Shown here: piece after piece, positions 1 through 12,263 of the stretch
Layout: each line of letters starts with the position of its first letter
Numbering within the stretch: position 1 is the first letter of the stretch
From: Macrostomum lignano
Taxonomy: Eukaryota
DNA: 64,000 nucleotides
NCBI GenBank assembly: GCA_002269645.1
Contig: NIVC01002065.1
Span: 124,001 to 188,000 of the forward strand
Direction: 5' to 3'
Program-made: the position numbers and the translations under genes
Notes under the pieces: generated by a model
Database searches by the model: none
What the model was told of the DNA's origin: nothing
What the model saw: the letters and a program-made list of their open reading frames with translations, nothing else

Positions 1-93
1 GCCAACAAGGCCAGCCAGGCGGCAGCTCAAACCTCCAGCGAGTCCCGCGTACAGGGCGAGCGCGCCGCCCTGGGAGAAGCCACCAAGGAGTAG
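1..93 (+). CDS. 3' end of a coding exon from a gene upstream of the window (ANKASQAAAQTSSESRVQGERAALGEATKE*)
   Basis: GC-rich open frame from base 1 to TAG at 91-93, with codon usage like the other exons, followed by AT-rich sequence. No domain recognised. Confidence 0.4.
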   Translation, partial: ANKASQAAAQTSSESRVQGERAALGEATKE

Positions 94-296
94 CCGGCCG
101 GTCGACGGCAACGCGGCGACTTCGGCTGCTAGCAGCCGGTTCAAACTGCTGACAGCTTCGGCTACGCTGGATGGGTCCTGGATCGAGTTTACAGGCATGG
201 CAACAATCAGGTGGAAGCGCAAAGCGGGGAAATCGACCAGAGAGTTACCAAGGGTCTTGTGGATTATTGGTTTCTAAAGCATTAAAAATGGAACTA

Positions 297-1667
297 CGAG
301 GGGTGTCCAAAAGTAGTGATACTTTTAACCGTAGCTCTAGTTCTATAGTTTCCTGTGATTTAAAGTTTTATGAACTGATAGCGGCAAATCTCTTCTACAG
401 ACTGCTTTTTGAATTTAAAAAATTGATACTAGAGAACAAAAGTTATATCCTACCTGTACCATAGATTTACACAAACTATATCGAAATTTATAATAGTCAA
501 CTTCTGCACTCATTCATTAAGAAGGCATCGATAAATGTCTTGTTTAAGCAAAGCCCAACTGCAAAATGATGCTCACTGTGACTGACTGAAATTTGTCTAT
601 GGACAAGATCATGCGCAGAAAAATAAAGCATTTAATTCATTACTTTACTTGCAAACAGAGGAGCTTGCATTTTGCGATTCGTTCATGATTTCATTGCCCA
701 TACTCGACAACACACATGGATGTGCACTCAGTTGTTGCTCAGCAAAGTTGACAATCGATATGAGAAAATGGACAATCAAAATGAAAACAGCCGTAGATCT
801 GCATGCAGCAGCTCAGCTCAGCTTCGCAGCAGCTGCGGCTTAGGCCATAGACTTTTGACGATCGAAATGAGAATTGGACAATCAAAATGGCAACGCGCGG
901 TTAGTTTAGCGAGGCAGCACATTTAAGCATTAGCCAGCCATCTTTCTTAGCCATCTCTCCAGTTTGCTGGTGATGGCACCACCTGTGAATCCAGATGACA
1001 GACGTCGGCTCATCGAGGCACACCGGTCAAGGACGCAGCAATAATCCTTCAGCTGTCAAGTTCAACTGCTCATCGCATCGTGAGGCTGTACAGGAATGCA
1101 TACAGATCTACGGCTGTTTTCATTTTGATTGTCCATTTTCTCATATTGATTGTCAAAACCAATACCATCTTCACTCTTTGGGGCGCTGGCCATAGAGCCT
1201 CAGAAATTCACGCAAAACTTTGCTCTGCGCACGGATCCTCTGCGGTCAGCAAAATGACAGTTTATCGATAGATGGAGCAGTTCAGCAAGGGAACGACTGA
1301 CTTGGCAGATCAGCATCGGACGTGGCGGCCATACGTTCATCGACCTGATCTACTGGCGGACTCCATTCTGGATCTTCTTGACCATTAGAGAGATCGCTGA
1401 CAGGTTGGACAAGCCGAAATCAACAATTCATCGAAGCTTACTCGGCATGGATCTCGTGAAACTCAGCCTATAATTTGTGTAACTCTATGGTACAGGTACT
1501 GTTTCTTTCGTGGGTATAACTTTTGTTCTCTAGTATCAATTTTTTAAATTCAAAAAGCAGTCTGTAGAAGAGATTTGCCGCTATCAGTTCATAAAATGTT
1601 TAATCACAGGAAGCTATAGAACGAGAGCAACGGTTAAAAGTATCACTACTTTTTGGTACTTCCCTAC
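297..1667 (+). mobile_element. Defective mariner element with long (~190 bp) terminal inverted repeats and a transposase N-terminal remnant
   Basis: Left end TA|CGAGGGGTGTCCAAAAGTAGTGATACTTTT; bases ~300-480 are the reverse complement of ~1480-1667; TA at 295-296 and 1668-1669. Bases ~1150-1470 translate as GHRASEIHAKLCSAHGSSAVSKMTVYR*MEQFSKGTTDLADQHRTWRP...TIREIADRLDKPKSTIHRSL, the Mos1-type HTH region, with stops and a frameshift. Confidence 0.85.
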
Positions 1668-2022
1668 TACTACAAATGCTGCTACATCATCAAAAATAAC
1701 AATCAAGTAATAAGTTTCTGCAATTCAGACTGTAATTTTACTCAGCAGCGCCTTAACTTACGCTTACGTCATGCGGAACGGAAGTTAAGCAATGCCATTG
1801 AGGATTCAGTAACGTGTAAATAAAGGTTAATGACTTCTGTGCCTCTTGATAGAACAAGTAAATTGAGGGGTTGCTGAGTATATTTAATATCTCATGAAAG
1901 AAAACAGATTTCATAAAGTAGCTACTCATTTGAGGCTGTAGCAAGAATTTTCAGATGAATTCAAGCTCCCAAAGTCTAATACTTTTCGAGAGGCAGGAGG
2001 GCTGTGTGCATTCACATTACAA

Positions 2023-2160
2023 GGTGGGTTCACATTACCGCTAGCAGCTACGTGGGTCCAAAGATTGATCAAATCAATTTGCAGTTGGTTCAGACCCATG
2101 TTGAAATTGATTTGATCAATCTTGGACCCGCGGAGCTACTAGCAGTAACGTGAACCAGCC
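2023..2160. mobile_element. Small palindromic MITE (arms ~55 bp)
   Basis: GGTTCACATTACCGCTAGCAGCTACGTGGGTCCAAAGATTGATCAAATCAATTT pairs with AAATTGATTTGATCAATCTTGGACCCGCGGAGCTACTAGCAGTAACGTGAACC around a ~23-nt loop. No clean TSD. Confidence 0.7.
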
Positions 2161-2204
2161 ATTAGGCGAAATTTTCACACAACTGGAGAGAGGCGAGGCG
2201 AGAT

Positions 2205-2395
2205 AACTTTATTTATTGTTAGGCATGTACACCTCACTGTTCCTTGGGGATTGGCTCTCGGGGCGTTAATTGCACGAGCAGAGCCAAGCCGAGATTCCAA
2301 ATTCAACCCAAAAATTAATGTGACTGCACTTGGAATCGAGCCTGAGAGCCGCTGACACATCGGAGCGCCGCGCTAGACCACTAGGCTACGCCTCC
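2205..2395 (-). mobile_element. tRNA-derived SINE
   Basis: Minus strand begins GGAGGCGTAGCCTAGTGGTCTAGCGCGG (A box TAGCCTAGTGG), has B-box-like GGCTCGATTCC, and ends in AATAAATAAAG. No complete cloverleaf, so not called a tRNA. Confidence 0.65.
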
Positions 2396-5378
2396 CCCCC
2401 CCCAAAGTCTAATATATCATAGACTGTGTCAACACTATGAAAGGCGAGAAGGATGACTATAAACTTTTTGAAGTTCTAGATTCACCTGCACAGCCGAACT
2501 GGGACTCCTAGCAAGCACATCAAACCAGGCGGGAATTTGCTCGCCACCATAGACAGTGAGGGGTCGCACTGGCGCATGAGGGCACACCAAGCGGCAGTAG
2601 GGTGGCAGCAGTGGCCAAAGAATCTCTGACCATCCATGTCCATTGTCGCCAAGGCCATGTAGGAAAACTAACTGAATAGGAAAAATAAGGTAAGTAGGTT
2701 TTTAGATAAAAGTAGCATTATCATTAAAACTGAAACAGCCCTTTTACACTACTTGTATTATAAGGAGCTTAATAAGAGTATCATATTAATAATTATAGAA
2801 ATGGGAAATAAAAAGCTTTAGGAAAAATACATAAAATTAAGTTTATATAATAAATAAAGCAAAAGCATTTCATGAGTACTAGCATTATTAAATAAAAATA
2901 TTATATTTATTCATATAATAATAAGCAGGGTATCATAGATTTATAGGTCATACTTATTATAAATTGCTACTTAATTACAATAGCTCATAAAAACAATCTA
3001 GGAGAGGCAAAGGGTTAGCTAACAAACTTTTGGCTTTTGAATAAAAATTGGTCATGTTTTTAGGAAAAATCCTGGCCCTATGGCATAAAACATTGCTAAA
3101 ATTTTGCTTTGAACAATAAGTTGATGTTAAAACATTATTATAAATAGCATATTTTTCTTCTAGCAAAAATGGTTATATAGACCTATTGGCCTGGTACCTA
3201 AAAGTAATAATATAATATAATAGGCCTATCTTAAGTCTTAAGTTTTCATGCTTTAAAGTATGGAATTTTAGTATCCCAGTTTGCTTTTTGATATCCTATT
3301 TTAATATAGCCTATCTAAATGATAAAAAGGCCTAAACTGATAAAATGCTCTACAATACCTTTGCTGTGATGGAAAAAGTATTTTAATTCTTCAAGCTGAC
3401 ATTCTTTTTCTAATTCTAAAGTCTGTTATTTGATTAAAATAATGCATTAGCTATACGCAAAGGCTATACCTATACAAAGCATATTTAGCTATTTTATTTG
3501 AGCCATACATACTCCATAGCTGAGTATGTAGCTACATATGAGAAATAAAAAATCTATTTGTTGCATTTATAATTTTCATCGAAGCTAGCATTGTTGATAG
3601 ACTACATCATTTACCTATAAAGCCTCTTTAACAGACATAACTTACTGTGGCAGTGTGAATTTTGGATGGTCGTTTTATCACAGAAGAATAGGCTGCCAAT
3701 GCCATGATATTTATAGCTTAATTACACAGTTACACTAAAACAGTGTGAGTTAAAATATTTCTTTGGCTGGACAGTAAACTAGACTTGATCACTGATTCCT
3801 GTTATCGGTCTGGTGGTAAGCAGACCTTTGGATTTCGGAACGTTTGCATATATTAATTTAGGTTCAGACTTGCACGTGTTAAATTTATTATCGTATACAA
3901 TCTAAGACTAATAAAATTTATCTTTCAAATTCTTTGTGACAATTGATTTTATGTAGTTGTTCGTATATGTAACTTTCTAATAATCAGTAGTTGATAGTTT
4001 TTTAATTCATATTGTATTTCGTTTAACTGTACGTTTCTGCTGAAATACACTAAGCACACATTTAACTTGAAAATTTCTAGATATTTTCAACAACGCAACG
4101 TTTGCATGTCTACTCTAGTTGTGTTACGAAGAAGAAGAGCCTAAGATCTAAGGAAGTTTACTTTACAGTAGCTGAGGCGGAACGAGACTGTCAAAGATGA
4201 ATGATAAATTAATACAGTACTCTACTGCTAATGTCATTACTTTTGTTGGTTTGTTTTGTTCTGTACTTTCACTTTTAAATAAAGCAGCTGAGCGCACCTG
4301 GCACTTTAACTTTGCAACTACAACTGGAAAGCCAAAGTTTTTGGCTATACAACTGGTTCATGTGGGACACAACTCTATTACACACTGAATCTTTGGCATG
4401 AAACCATACATTTGTTGTGTAGTGACTAGTCAGTATGAATTCTAATCTAAGAATTAGGCCTATATGAATTTGTCAAAAACAAAGTATTTTTTTATCTAAC
4501 TTACCTCTTTTAGATATTTAATTTTGGTATATTTTTTATGTTTCTGCAAATTAATTTCTATAGCCTAGGATTAGGATTAGAGTATAGAAAAAATAGTCCC
4601 CAGATAGCATATATAGCTAATATGCAATATATAGATTGCCTTCCAAAGTTTATTCCAATACATACTTTGCCACCTTCTTGACTCTGGGATGACATAAGAA
4701 TATTCCTAATCTTAAAATCATCGAATCCTAGAAAAACTGAGATTACAATCCTAAAAATTGATCTTATTTAGCCTTTATATATCCTTGTAATTAGATAGGG
4801 GGGGCTAAGGCCTGGGGATTCTGGTTTTATTACTATAATCTCAAAATCCCAAGATCCTAATAGAAATTAAAATCCCAATTCTACTTAAACCAAAACTTTG
4901 ATTTTATCTAACTTCTAAGCTATATCTTATTCATTTATGTTTATACCTATATAACTTTTGTTAGACCCTCTTTATTAAAGGCAGGGAGGCTGCATGCCTT
5001 CTAGGACACTTTAAGTAGCTTTGCCACACAATTAGCAAGAGGTATTACTGCCCATTCTGCTAGCTCCCTGAGCAGGCACACAAGTGTATAGATAAATATA
5101 TAGTCACATATAGACGACTCACATATAGTATAACAGTGGCCCTGAATTTCTAATTCTCAGGCATGTATACTTTCTATGCTTTGGGGTTGGCCCTCAAGGG
5201 GATTTATTGCATGAGCAGACTCAAGCTAAGCTTCCATTTGAGCCCCAACTAAAAGTGACTGCATTTGCAATCAAGCTAAGGCCATAACAAAAAAGTCCCT
5301 ATAATATTACTTTGAGTAATATGAGCAGTGAGACCTCAAAGCCTACTCAAATGATATTTTCAGCAGCATCAAGCATTG

Positions 5379-8300
5379 ATGGCCCTCCCGGGTGGTGGTC
5401 AGCTAACCGAGCGCTCCTCTATGGTGGCAGTGTCGCTGGAGGACAATGGAGCGGATCAGTCTGCTGTCAGCATGGGTGCCAGCGGCAGCGGCGGCATTAG
5501 CCAGTACCCCGGGGCGCCAAAGGTGGCAAAAATCGTAGTCAAGACTGTGTCCGGCAGGCGCGGCCAGGACCCCGTCAAACCGCCCAAGAAGCTGGCCGTC
5601 TTCCGCTGCAACTGGCTGTGCGGCCTCTTCGGTGTCAGGCAGTTCCCGCCGCGCGGCTGCTGGCTGGTGATGGACGTCTGCGGCGTCTTCTGCGCCATCT
5701 TCACCTGGCTGCTGCTGGTGTTCGCCGAGTATGTCGCGTGCACCGTCATTCTGGCCAACTCGGAGTCCGCCGTCTTCAACTGGATCGCTGGTGCCATTTT
5801 TCACTCGCTGATCGGACTGTCATTCTGGTCCCATTGCAAGGCAATGTTCTCGGATCCCGTGAGTTCTGTTTAATGCACTTGAACAGTTTGCACTTTTCAG
5901 CTCACGGTTGTCAGTCTAAATCATAACGTTAATTCTAACCATAGTTTTTTTCCATTTTAAAACGACTGGTTTCTATGGTTATTACTGTCACTCAGATCCC
6001 AAACTGATATCTCAACTCCTGCTGTCACTCTAATCCCAGTTTGAGATCTCAACTGCTGTCATTCTAATAATCCCAGTTTGGGATCTCAACTGCTGTCACT
6101 CTAATCCCAGTTTGGGATCTCAACTGCTGTCACTCTAATCCCAGTTTGAGATCTCAACTGCTGTCACTCTAATCCCAGTTTGAGATCTCAACTTCTGTCA
6201 CTCTAATCACAGTTTGGGATTGAATTTGTCTGCCAAATCCTCCCAAGGGCGCCGTACCGCTCGGCAACGCCACAGAGGAGAACATCCGCAGTCTGGGCTG
6301 CGGGTCCGAGGGCGCCGACCGCATTGTGTACAAGTGCGGCAAGTGCTCCAGTATTAAGCCCGACCGCTCGCATCACTGCAGCGTCTGCCGGCGGTGCATC
6401 CGCAAGATGGATCATCACTGCCCGTGGGTGAACAACTGCGTCGGGGAGTGCAATCAAAAATACTTCGTGCTGTTCACCGTGAGTCTTCTTGACATCTGGT
6501 TATCTCGTGTTGGCTTTAATTTAGGAATTTTCACGATTTGGGATTTTATGTAATCATCCATTATTAAAAGTTCACTTTCTTTTCCGCGAAATTTCAAATT
6601 GTTGAACTTGAAATCACAAATTCAGTTGGCATTATCCCGCGACCCTTAAATCTTAGAATCCCATTCCTGAATCCCCAAATCCCAGAGTCCCGATCCCAGA
6701 TCCCAGAATCCCGATCCCAACTCACAGAATTCCGATCCTAAATCCCAGAATCCCGATTCCAAATCTCAGAATCCCAATCCTAAATCCTAGAAATCCAATC
6801 CTAGATCCCAGAACTCCGATCCCAAATCTCAGAATCCCGATTTCAAATCCCAGAAACCGGATTATAAAGCAAATAATCCCGATTTTAAAATCCCAGAATC
6901 CCGATTGAAAATACCAGAAACTGGATTATAAAGCACAGAATCCCGATCCTAAATCCCAGAATCCCATTCCTGAAATCCAGGCTTCCATTCTGAATCCCGG
7001 AATCCCAACCCTAAATCCCAGAATCCCGATCCCAAATCTCAGAAGCCCGATCCTAAATCCCAGAATCCCGATCCCAAATTCCAGAATCCGGATCCCAAAT
7101 CCCAGAATCCCGATCCCAAATTTCAGAAGCCCGATCCTAAATCCCAGAATCCCGATCCCAAATTCCAGAATCCCGATCATAAATCCCAGAATCCCGATCC
7201 TTGTTTTTCATGATCCCGACGCTGAACTATATAACTTGAATCAATCAACACTAACTTGGCCACCCCCGCAGCTGTACATCTGCGCTGTCAGCTGCTTTGC
7301 CATCTTCATGACCGTTCACCATTTTGTGAAGTGCTCGGACTGGGACAGTGAGTAACTGGCCGCTTTCAAATGTGCAGTCGGTAGTAATATGTCGTGTACT
7401 GAAAGCCATTGCGACACTTCATTAACACCACTGCAGTATGCCGTCCGACCCTGACTCAGCCGCTGCCAATAGTCCTGCTGGTGCTGCTGATATTCGAGAG
7501 CATCATATTCGGCCTGTTCACTGCTATCATGTTTGGCGACCAGATTCACAGCATTTTAAAGGATCAGACTGTGAGTGAATTTATGAGCATTTTTACTGTG
7601 ATCTTGTTATACTGTGATTTTGAGTTCGTCCGCTCGTCCGTAACGAAACTTAATAAAGTGTCTTTAGAATCGCTTCTAAATATGTCACTAAAATTGCTAG
7701 TCAGCTCCCCTTAGCAACTATAATGCACCCTTGTCCTGTCCCAGTTATCGCTCATTAATGACACTAAACTACCCCTAAATTTGTTTTAAACTACCTCTAA
7801 ATATTTTTTCAATCACTTCTCAACTACCGATAAAAATGGCCCTTGAACTGCACCTAAATCGCCCCTGAACTGCACATAAATCGCCCCTGAACTGCACATA
7901 AATCGCCCCTGAACTGCACATAAATCGTCCCTGAACTGCACATAAATCGCCCCTGAACTGCACATAAATCGTCCCTGAACTGCACATAAATCGCCCCTGA
8001 ACTGCACATAAATCGTCCCTGAACTGCACATAAATCGTCCCTGAACTGCACCTAAATCGCCCCTGAACTGCACCTAAATCGCCCCTGAACTGCACATAAA
8101 TCGTCCCTGAACTGCACATAAATCGCCCCTGAACTGCACAGAAATCGCCCCTGAACTACCGGTACACAGAAATCGCCCTTGAACTACCGGTACACAGAAA
8201 TCGCCCTTGAACTACCGGTACACATAAATCGCCCCTGAACTGCACATAAATCGCCCCTGAACTGCACATAAATCGCCCCTGAACTGCACATAAATCGTCC

Positions 8301-8977
8301 CTGAACTGCACATAAATCGCCCCTGAACTGCACATAAATCGTCCCTGAACTGCACATAAATCGCCCCTGAACTGCACATAAATCGTCCCTGAACTGCACA
8401 TAAATCGTCCCTGAACTGCACCTAAATCGCCCCTGAACTGCACCTAAATCGCCCCTGAACTGCACATAAATCGTCCCTGAACTGCACATAAATCGCCCCT
8501 GAACTGCACAGAAATCGCCCTTGAACTACCGGTACACAGAAATCGCCCTTGAACTACCGGTACACAGAAATCGCCCTTGAACTACCGGTACACAGAAATC
8601 GCCCTTGAACTACCGGTACACAGAAATCGCCCTTGAACTACCGGTACACAGAAATCGCCCTTGAACTACCGGTACACAGAAATCGCCCTTGAACTGCACA
8701 TAAATCGCCCTTGAACTACCCATGAATTTGCCATTGGACTACCCATAAAGTCGCAACCAGACCGCCTTTAACAATCGCCCAAAATCAAACCCGGAACCTC
8801 CGGCCGCAGGGCATCGAGACGCTGAAACGCGAGCGCCATTCCTGGAAACGTCAATCGCGCATGTCCCTATTAGAGGGAGTGTTTGGCCAGCCAATCTCAT
8901 GGCGCTGGCTCAGCCCATTCAGTCCCCCAAGCTTTACTAAAAGTGCGCCGCAACGGTTGTGCCTCTACTCGGTGTGA
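5379..8977 (+). CDS. ZDHHC3: DHHC palmitoyltransferase, ZDHHC3/7 (GODZ) family; exons 5379-5858, 6248-6478, 7272-7347, 7437-7570, 8810-8977 (362 aa; start could be 5421)
   Basis: Motifs [19 protein letters not shown]|[52 protein letters not shown]|GIETLK and [14 protein letters not shown]. All introns are GT-AG and phases (0,0,1,0) are consistent. Confidence 0.95.
5995..6222 (+). repeat. 34-bp minisatellite (~6.5 copies) in ZDHHC intron 1
   Basis: Unit CTCTAATCCCAGTTTGAGATCTCAACTGCTGTCA starting at 6099, 6133, 6167, 6201. Confidence 0.9.
6650..7202 (+). repeat. ~21-bp minisatellite in ZDHHC intron 2
   Basis: Unit AAATCCCAGAATCCCGATCC(T/C), degenerate toward the 5' side. Confidence 0.9.
7840..8720 (+). 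repeat. 22-bp minisatellite with 28-bp variant blocks in ZDHHC intron 4
   Basis: Units AAATCGCCCCTGAACTGCACAT and GAAATCGCCCTTGAACTACCGGTACACA. Confidence 0.95.
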
Positions 8978-9470
8978 TCAAAGACCACTGGCTGGTACAA
9001 TAGTGAAGTGAGCAATCCTTATTGACAGTTAGATTTTCTTAGCTTGTTTGCCTGGCTTAGAATAGTACGATCCTGTTACAGAATTAGATCGAGTCAAATT
9101 CTATTGTTGAGAATGATTTAGGAGCCTTAATGCATTAATACGTATTCTGCTTTTTGGTATAATGCTCCTTGCAATTTGATGTACATGCTTATTTGAGCGG
9201 GGAGTAGTCTATTTAAATTTACTGTTTTCTATAAAAATATCTAGAGCCTAAAAGATTTATTACGCGTGTTAAACGTTTTTTTTGTGCATACGAATATTGC
9301 GATTGACAAGTTAGTACAAAGAATGCCGAGCATATGATGAAATGCCAACCTTGTAGCTGTAGCCAAAAAATTCCGCTTCCCTGGCATTTGATTTTTGACC
9401 ATAGACAGCCGACTGCTTGACTTGCTGGCACAAATTCAATTCAAGGACAGGAAAAAGTACGAGGCTCTGA

Positions 9471-11683
9471 TGTAACCGCCCTTGTCGCCTGTCCGCTCCG
9501 TAGAGAGACGAACGCATGACTAGAGGGGGCAATGACCGTAGGCTGCCTATGACCGGGCAATGACCTGACGGACCTCCAGCACCAGACTGTCCCGCCCACA
9601 TGATTAGTAGCTTTGGTAGCGCTTCGTGACCAGAGGGCCAAGGACCCACATGGACCCCACCTGTAGCCAAGGTGCAATAGTTGGTCACTCGGTCATGGTA
9701 TGACCGAGTGGCTGCCACCACTCTATGTGACCTGGCGCACCTGGATCTTTCTACCAGACCTCTCGAGGCTAGAGCCCCGCCTGGATTGGTTACCAGGGGA
9801 TTTAGGCTAACAGGGGAGACGCATGCAGCCGAGTACAGGGACTCTGCTTGGGGCATGATCGGGAACTCTGGGCTCAATCCTGGAGGATTTCTCAGCAGGG
9901 GATCCTTTGGGGCTGTGAGCGAGGCTGACTTGCGACTTTGATTACTAAGAGTAGTATGAGGCGAACATGTACTGTCTACAGTTTAGATTGCTCAGGGCGA
10001 AGGGACGCGTCAGCATGGGGTTGCAACCTTCCTACTGCCATTCTGTGCCAAGACTCGCTAATCCCTCTACTGCACGCACACGCGGCCCCGCAGCACGCAC
10101 TCACAGGCGGGCTTTGCACGGGGAGAGGCCATTAGCTTACCCAAACTTCCTTATGCTTTGCCACCCCGGGAGAAAGGCTTAGCAAGCCATGAGTGAAATG
10201 ATGGTAAAAGATTGAATAATGATGAAGTTAGTTAATAGTTAATAATTAGGCCCTTAGGCGAATAATCAGGCAATTAGGCGGCTTCACTATTGAGTAAAAT
10301 ACAGCAAAAGATACGGTATCACAATTGGCTCAGCTCTCTAATCAGACAATGGAAAATAGGCAAACCCCGGATAAGCAAAGGCAATTAGAGCACAAATTAG
10401 TAGCAGGAACTTACCGGCAGCTGCACAGAGAGAGAGAGAGACGGAGTGACCGAGGGCGGCTGTAGGCTGCAGTCAGGCAGACGGTGAAGCGGCGATGCGC
10501 TGGAGCGACGAGGCGCTGATGTAGATCAGGCGATGCTGATGATGCTGGGCGGTATCAGACCGCTGGCCGATAGGCGAGCTCACTTGGGGAGCTAAGGATA
10601 ACTTGGCGGTAACAGACCGCGGGCCGGCAGGGATTCGTCTTATAGACGAATGGGTCAGAACTCAATCTGACAGCAAGTCCAAAGAAGGACGAGGAGAGGA
10701 ACAGAGATAAACTCAGTTGAGTATTCTCATGCCGAAATCGCTTCCTTTTATAGACCTCACAGCCGCCTCCTCAAGGTCGTTACCATGGCTCCCTCTCTCT
10801 GATTGGCTGCCGGCAGAATGACGTCAGAATGAGTCATGATGAGAAGCATGAGACCGGCATAGCAACATGAGAAATCGGGAAATTGCGCAATCCGGAGGTG
10901 GGGTGGGGGGATAATTGGCGCAGCGGGTGGTCGCGAAAGTGTTGCGCAAGCAAACATTGAGAACAATAGGGCTGGGGTCGAGAACAAAGGAATTGGAAAT
11001 CGGGGATAATTGGGGAAAACTGAGAACAATGGAAAAGTAAACATTGGAGAAAAGGTGATAATTAGGTGCGAAAACGAGAACAAAAGAAAGAGAAAATCGG
11101 AGAAAATGTGATAATTGGTGGGGGTCGAGAGAACAAAAGAAGCAAAAACGAGAACAATAGAAGCGGAGGTGGGGTGGGTGTCACATGAGAAATTTGGGAA
11201 GGAGAACAATAGCGTGAGAAAAGGTTGCGCAAGAGAGGGGGATGAGTCATCGATGAGTCATCGGGGGGAAGAAGGGGTCACACGACTTGCGTCACCGTTT
11301 GGGAGTTTGGGAGGGGATGGGGAGACGGTGAGCACACAAAATACTGTAAGTAGACACAGAGAAGGAGGGGACAGCGCAGGAAAAAAAAGTGCAGAGAGAG
11401 ATAAAAAGAGGGGGGAAAGGGAAAGTACAGGAAGAATAGGGCGGAAACAGAAGAGATAGGGTAGAGGGGGAGGTACAGAAAGGGGTAGGGGGCTCCGGAA
11501 AGGCAGGTGTGGCGGCAGGAGAGACGGGACCAAGGCAGCAGGAGGGGTGCAGCAGAGCGGGAGTCTCCAGGCCCGGTCGGAGACCTGGCCGAGTCTCGAC
11601 AGCTCTGTGCAGAGGGTGCACGGGATAGGAGGCACTTTCGAAAAAGTTCCCATGCCCTATCCCGCGACCAGAGCGTGGTTACA
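9471..11683 (-). mobile_element. Solo-LTR-like element (~2.2 kb), oriented on the minus strand
   Basis: Termini TGTAACC...GGTTACA. On the minus strand: TATA (CTATAAAAG 10745-10753), CCAAT (10801-10807), CRE/AP-1 (10820-10836), splice donor CGGTAAGTT (10408-10416). No retroelement protein ORF and no 4-6 bp TSD. Confidence 0.6.
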
Positions 11684-11755
11684 TCAGCTCGTTTAAAAGC
11701 ATTGTCTATGGCCAAGCCTTATACAAACTCCATATACTAAAGCTGTGTACCTGTA

Positions 11756-12263
11756 CACTCAGCAACATTTAAAACGCAACACTCTAACTAGAAGAAAAAT
11801 CAACTCACTCAGAAGAGTCAAAGCGCATAGTCTATGGTTCAAATCGAGCTTCAGAAACGCGTGTAGCTTCCTCTCGCAAGTAACAGGGCGATGACTATGG
11901 ACTGTTTTCGGATGGAGTGATCCAGCTGAGAGAGTGGTTCGGCAGATGACAGACGCGGAAAGACGCGGACAGACGTCGGTGCTTCACCAACTTCGCAGTA
12001 CAACAGCTGTTGTTCGAAGAGTACAACCTGCTTCCAACATTCCGACTGCTCGCCATCTTTCCGCATCTGTCATCTGTTGAACCATTCTCTCAGCTGGATC
12101 ACTCTATCTGAAAACAGTCCATAGTCATCGCCCTGTTACTTGCGAGAGGAAGCTACACGCGTTTCTGAGGCTCGATTTGAGCCATGGACTGTGCGCTTTG
12201 ACTCTTCTGAGTGAGTTGATTTTTCTTCTAGTTGGAGTGTTGCGTTTTAAATGTTGCTGAGTG
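11756..12263. mobile_element. Tc1/mariner-type MITE (508 bp) with ~200-bp inverted arms
   Basis: TA|CACTCAGCAACATTTAAAACGCAACAC ... GTGTTGCGTTTTAAATGTTGCTGAGTG|TA. TA TSD at 11754-11755 and 12264-12265. Confidence 0.9.

Noticed and set aside
2340-2395. Possible tRNA gene on the minus strand
   Set aside because: A and B boxes are present but acceptor and anticodon stems do not close, so it is treated as a SINE head.
3800-3850. Possible degenerate Penelope-type hammerhead (CTGGTGG...CGGAACGT)
   Set aside because: Core nucleotides are mismatched and there is no adjacent Penelope coding remnant.
5202-5213. ATTTATTGCATG, similar to my unverified recollection of a flatworm spliced-leader 3' end
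   Set aside because: Only 12 AT-rich bases, with no donor, Sm site or remaining leader sequence. Probably chance.
10757-11740. Several 60-150 aa ORFs on both strands
   Set aside because: Purine/pyrimidine-skewed, stop-poor sequence inside the LTR-like element, with no gag/pol motifs.
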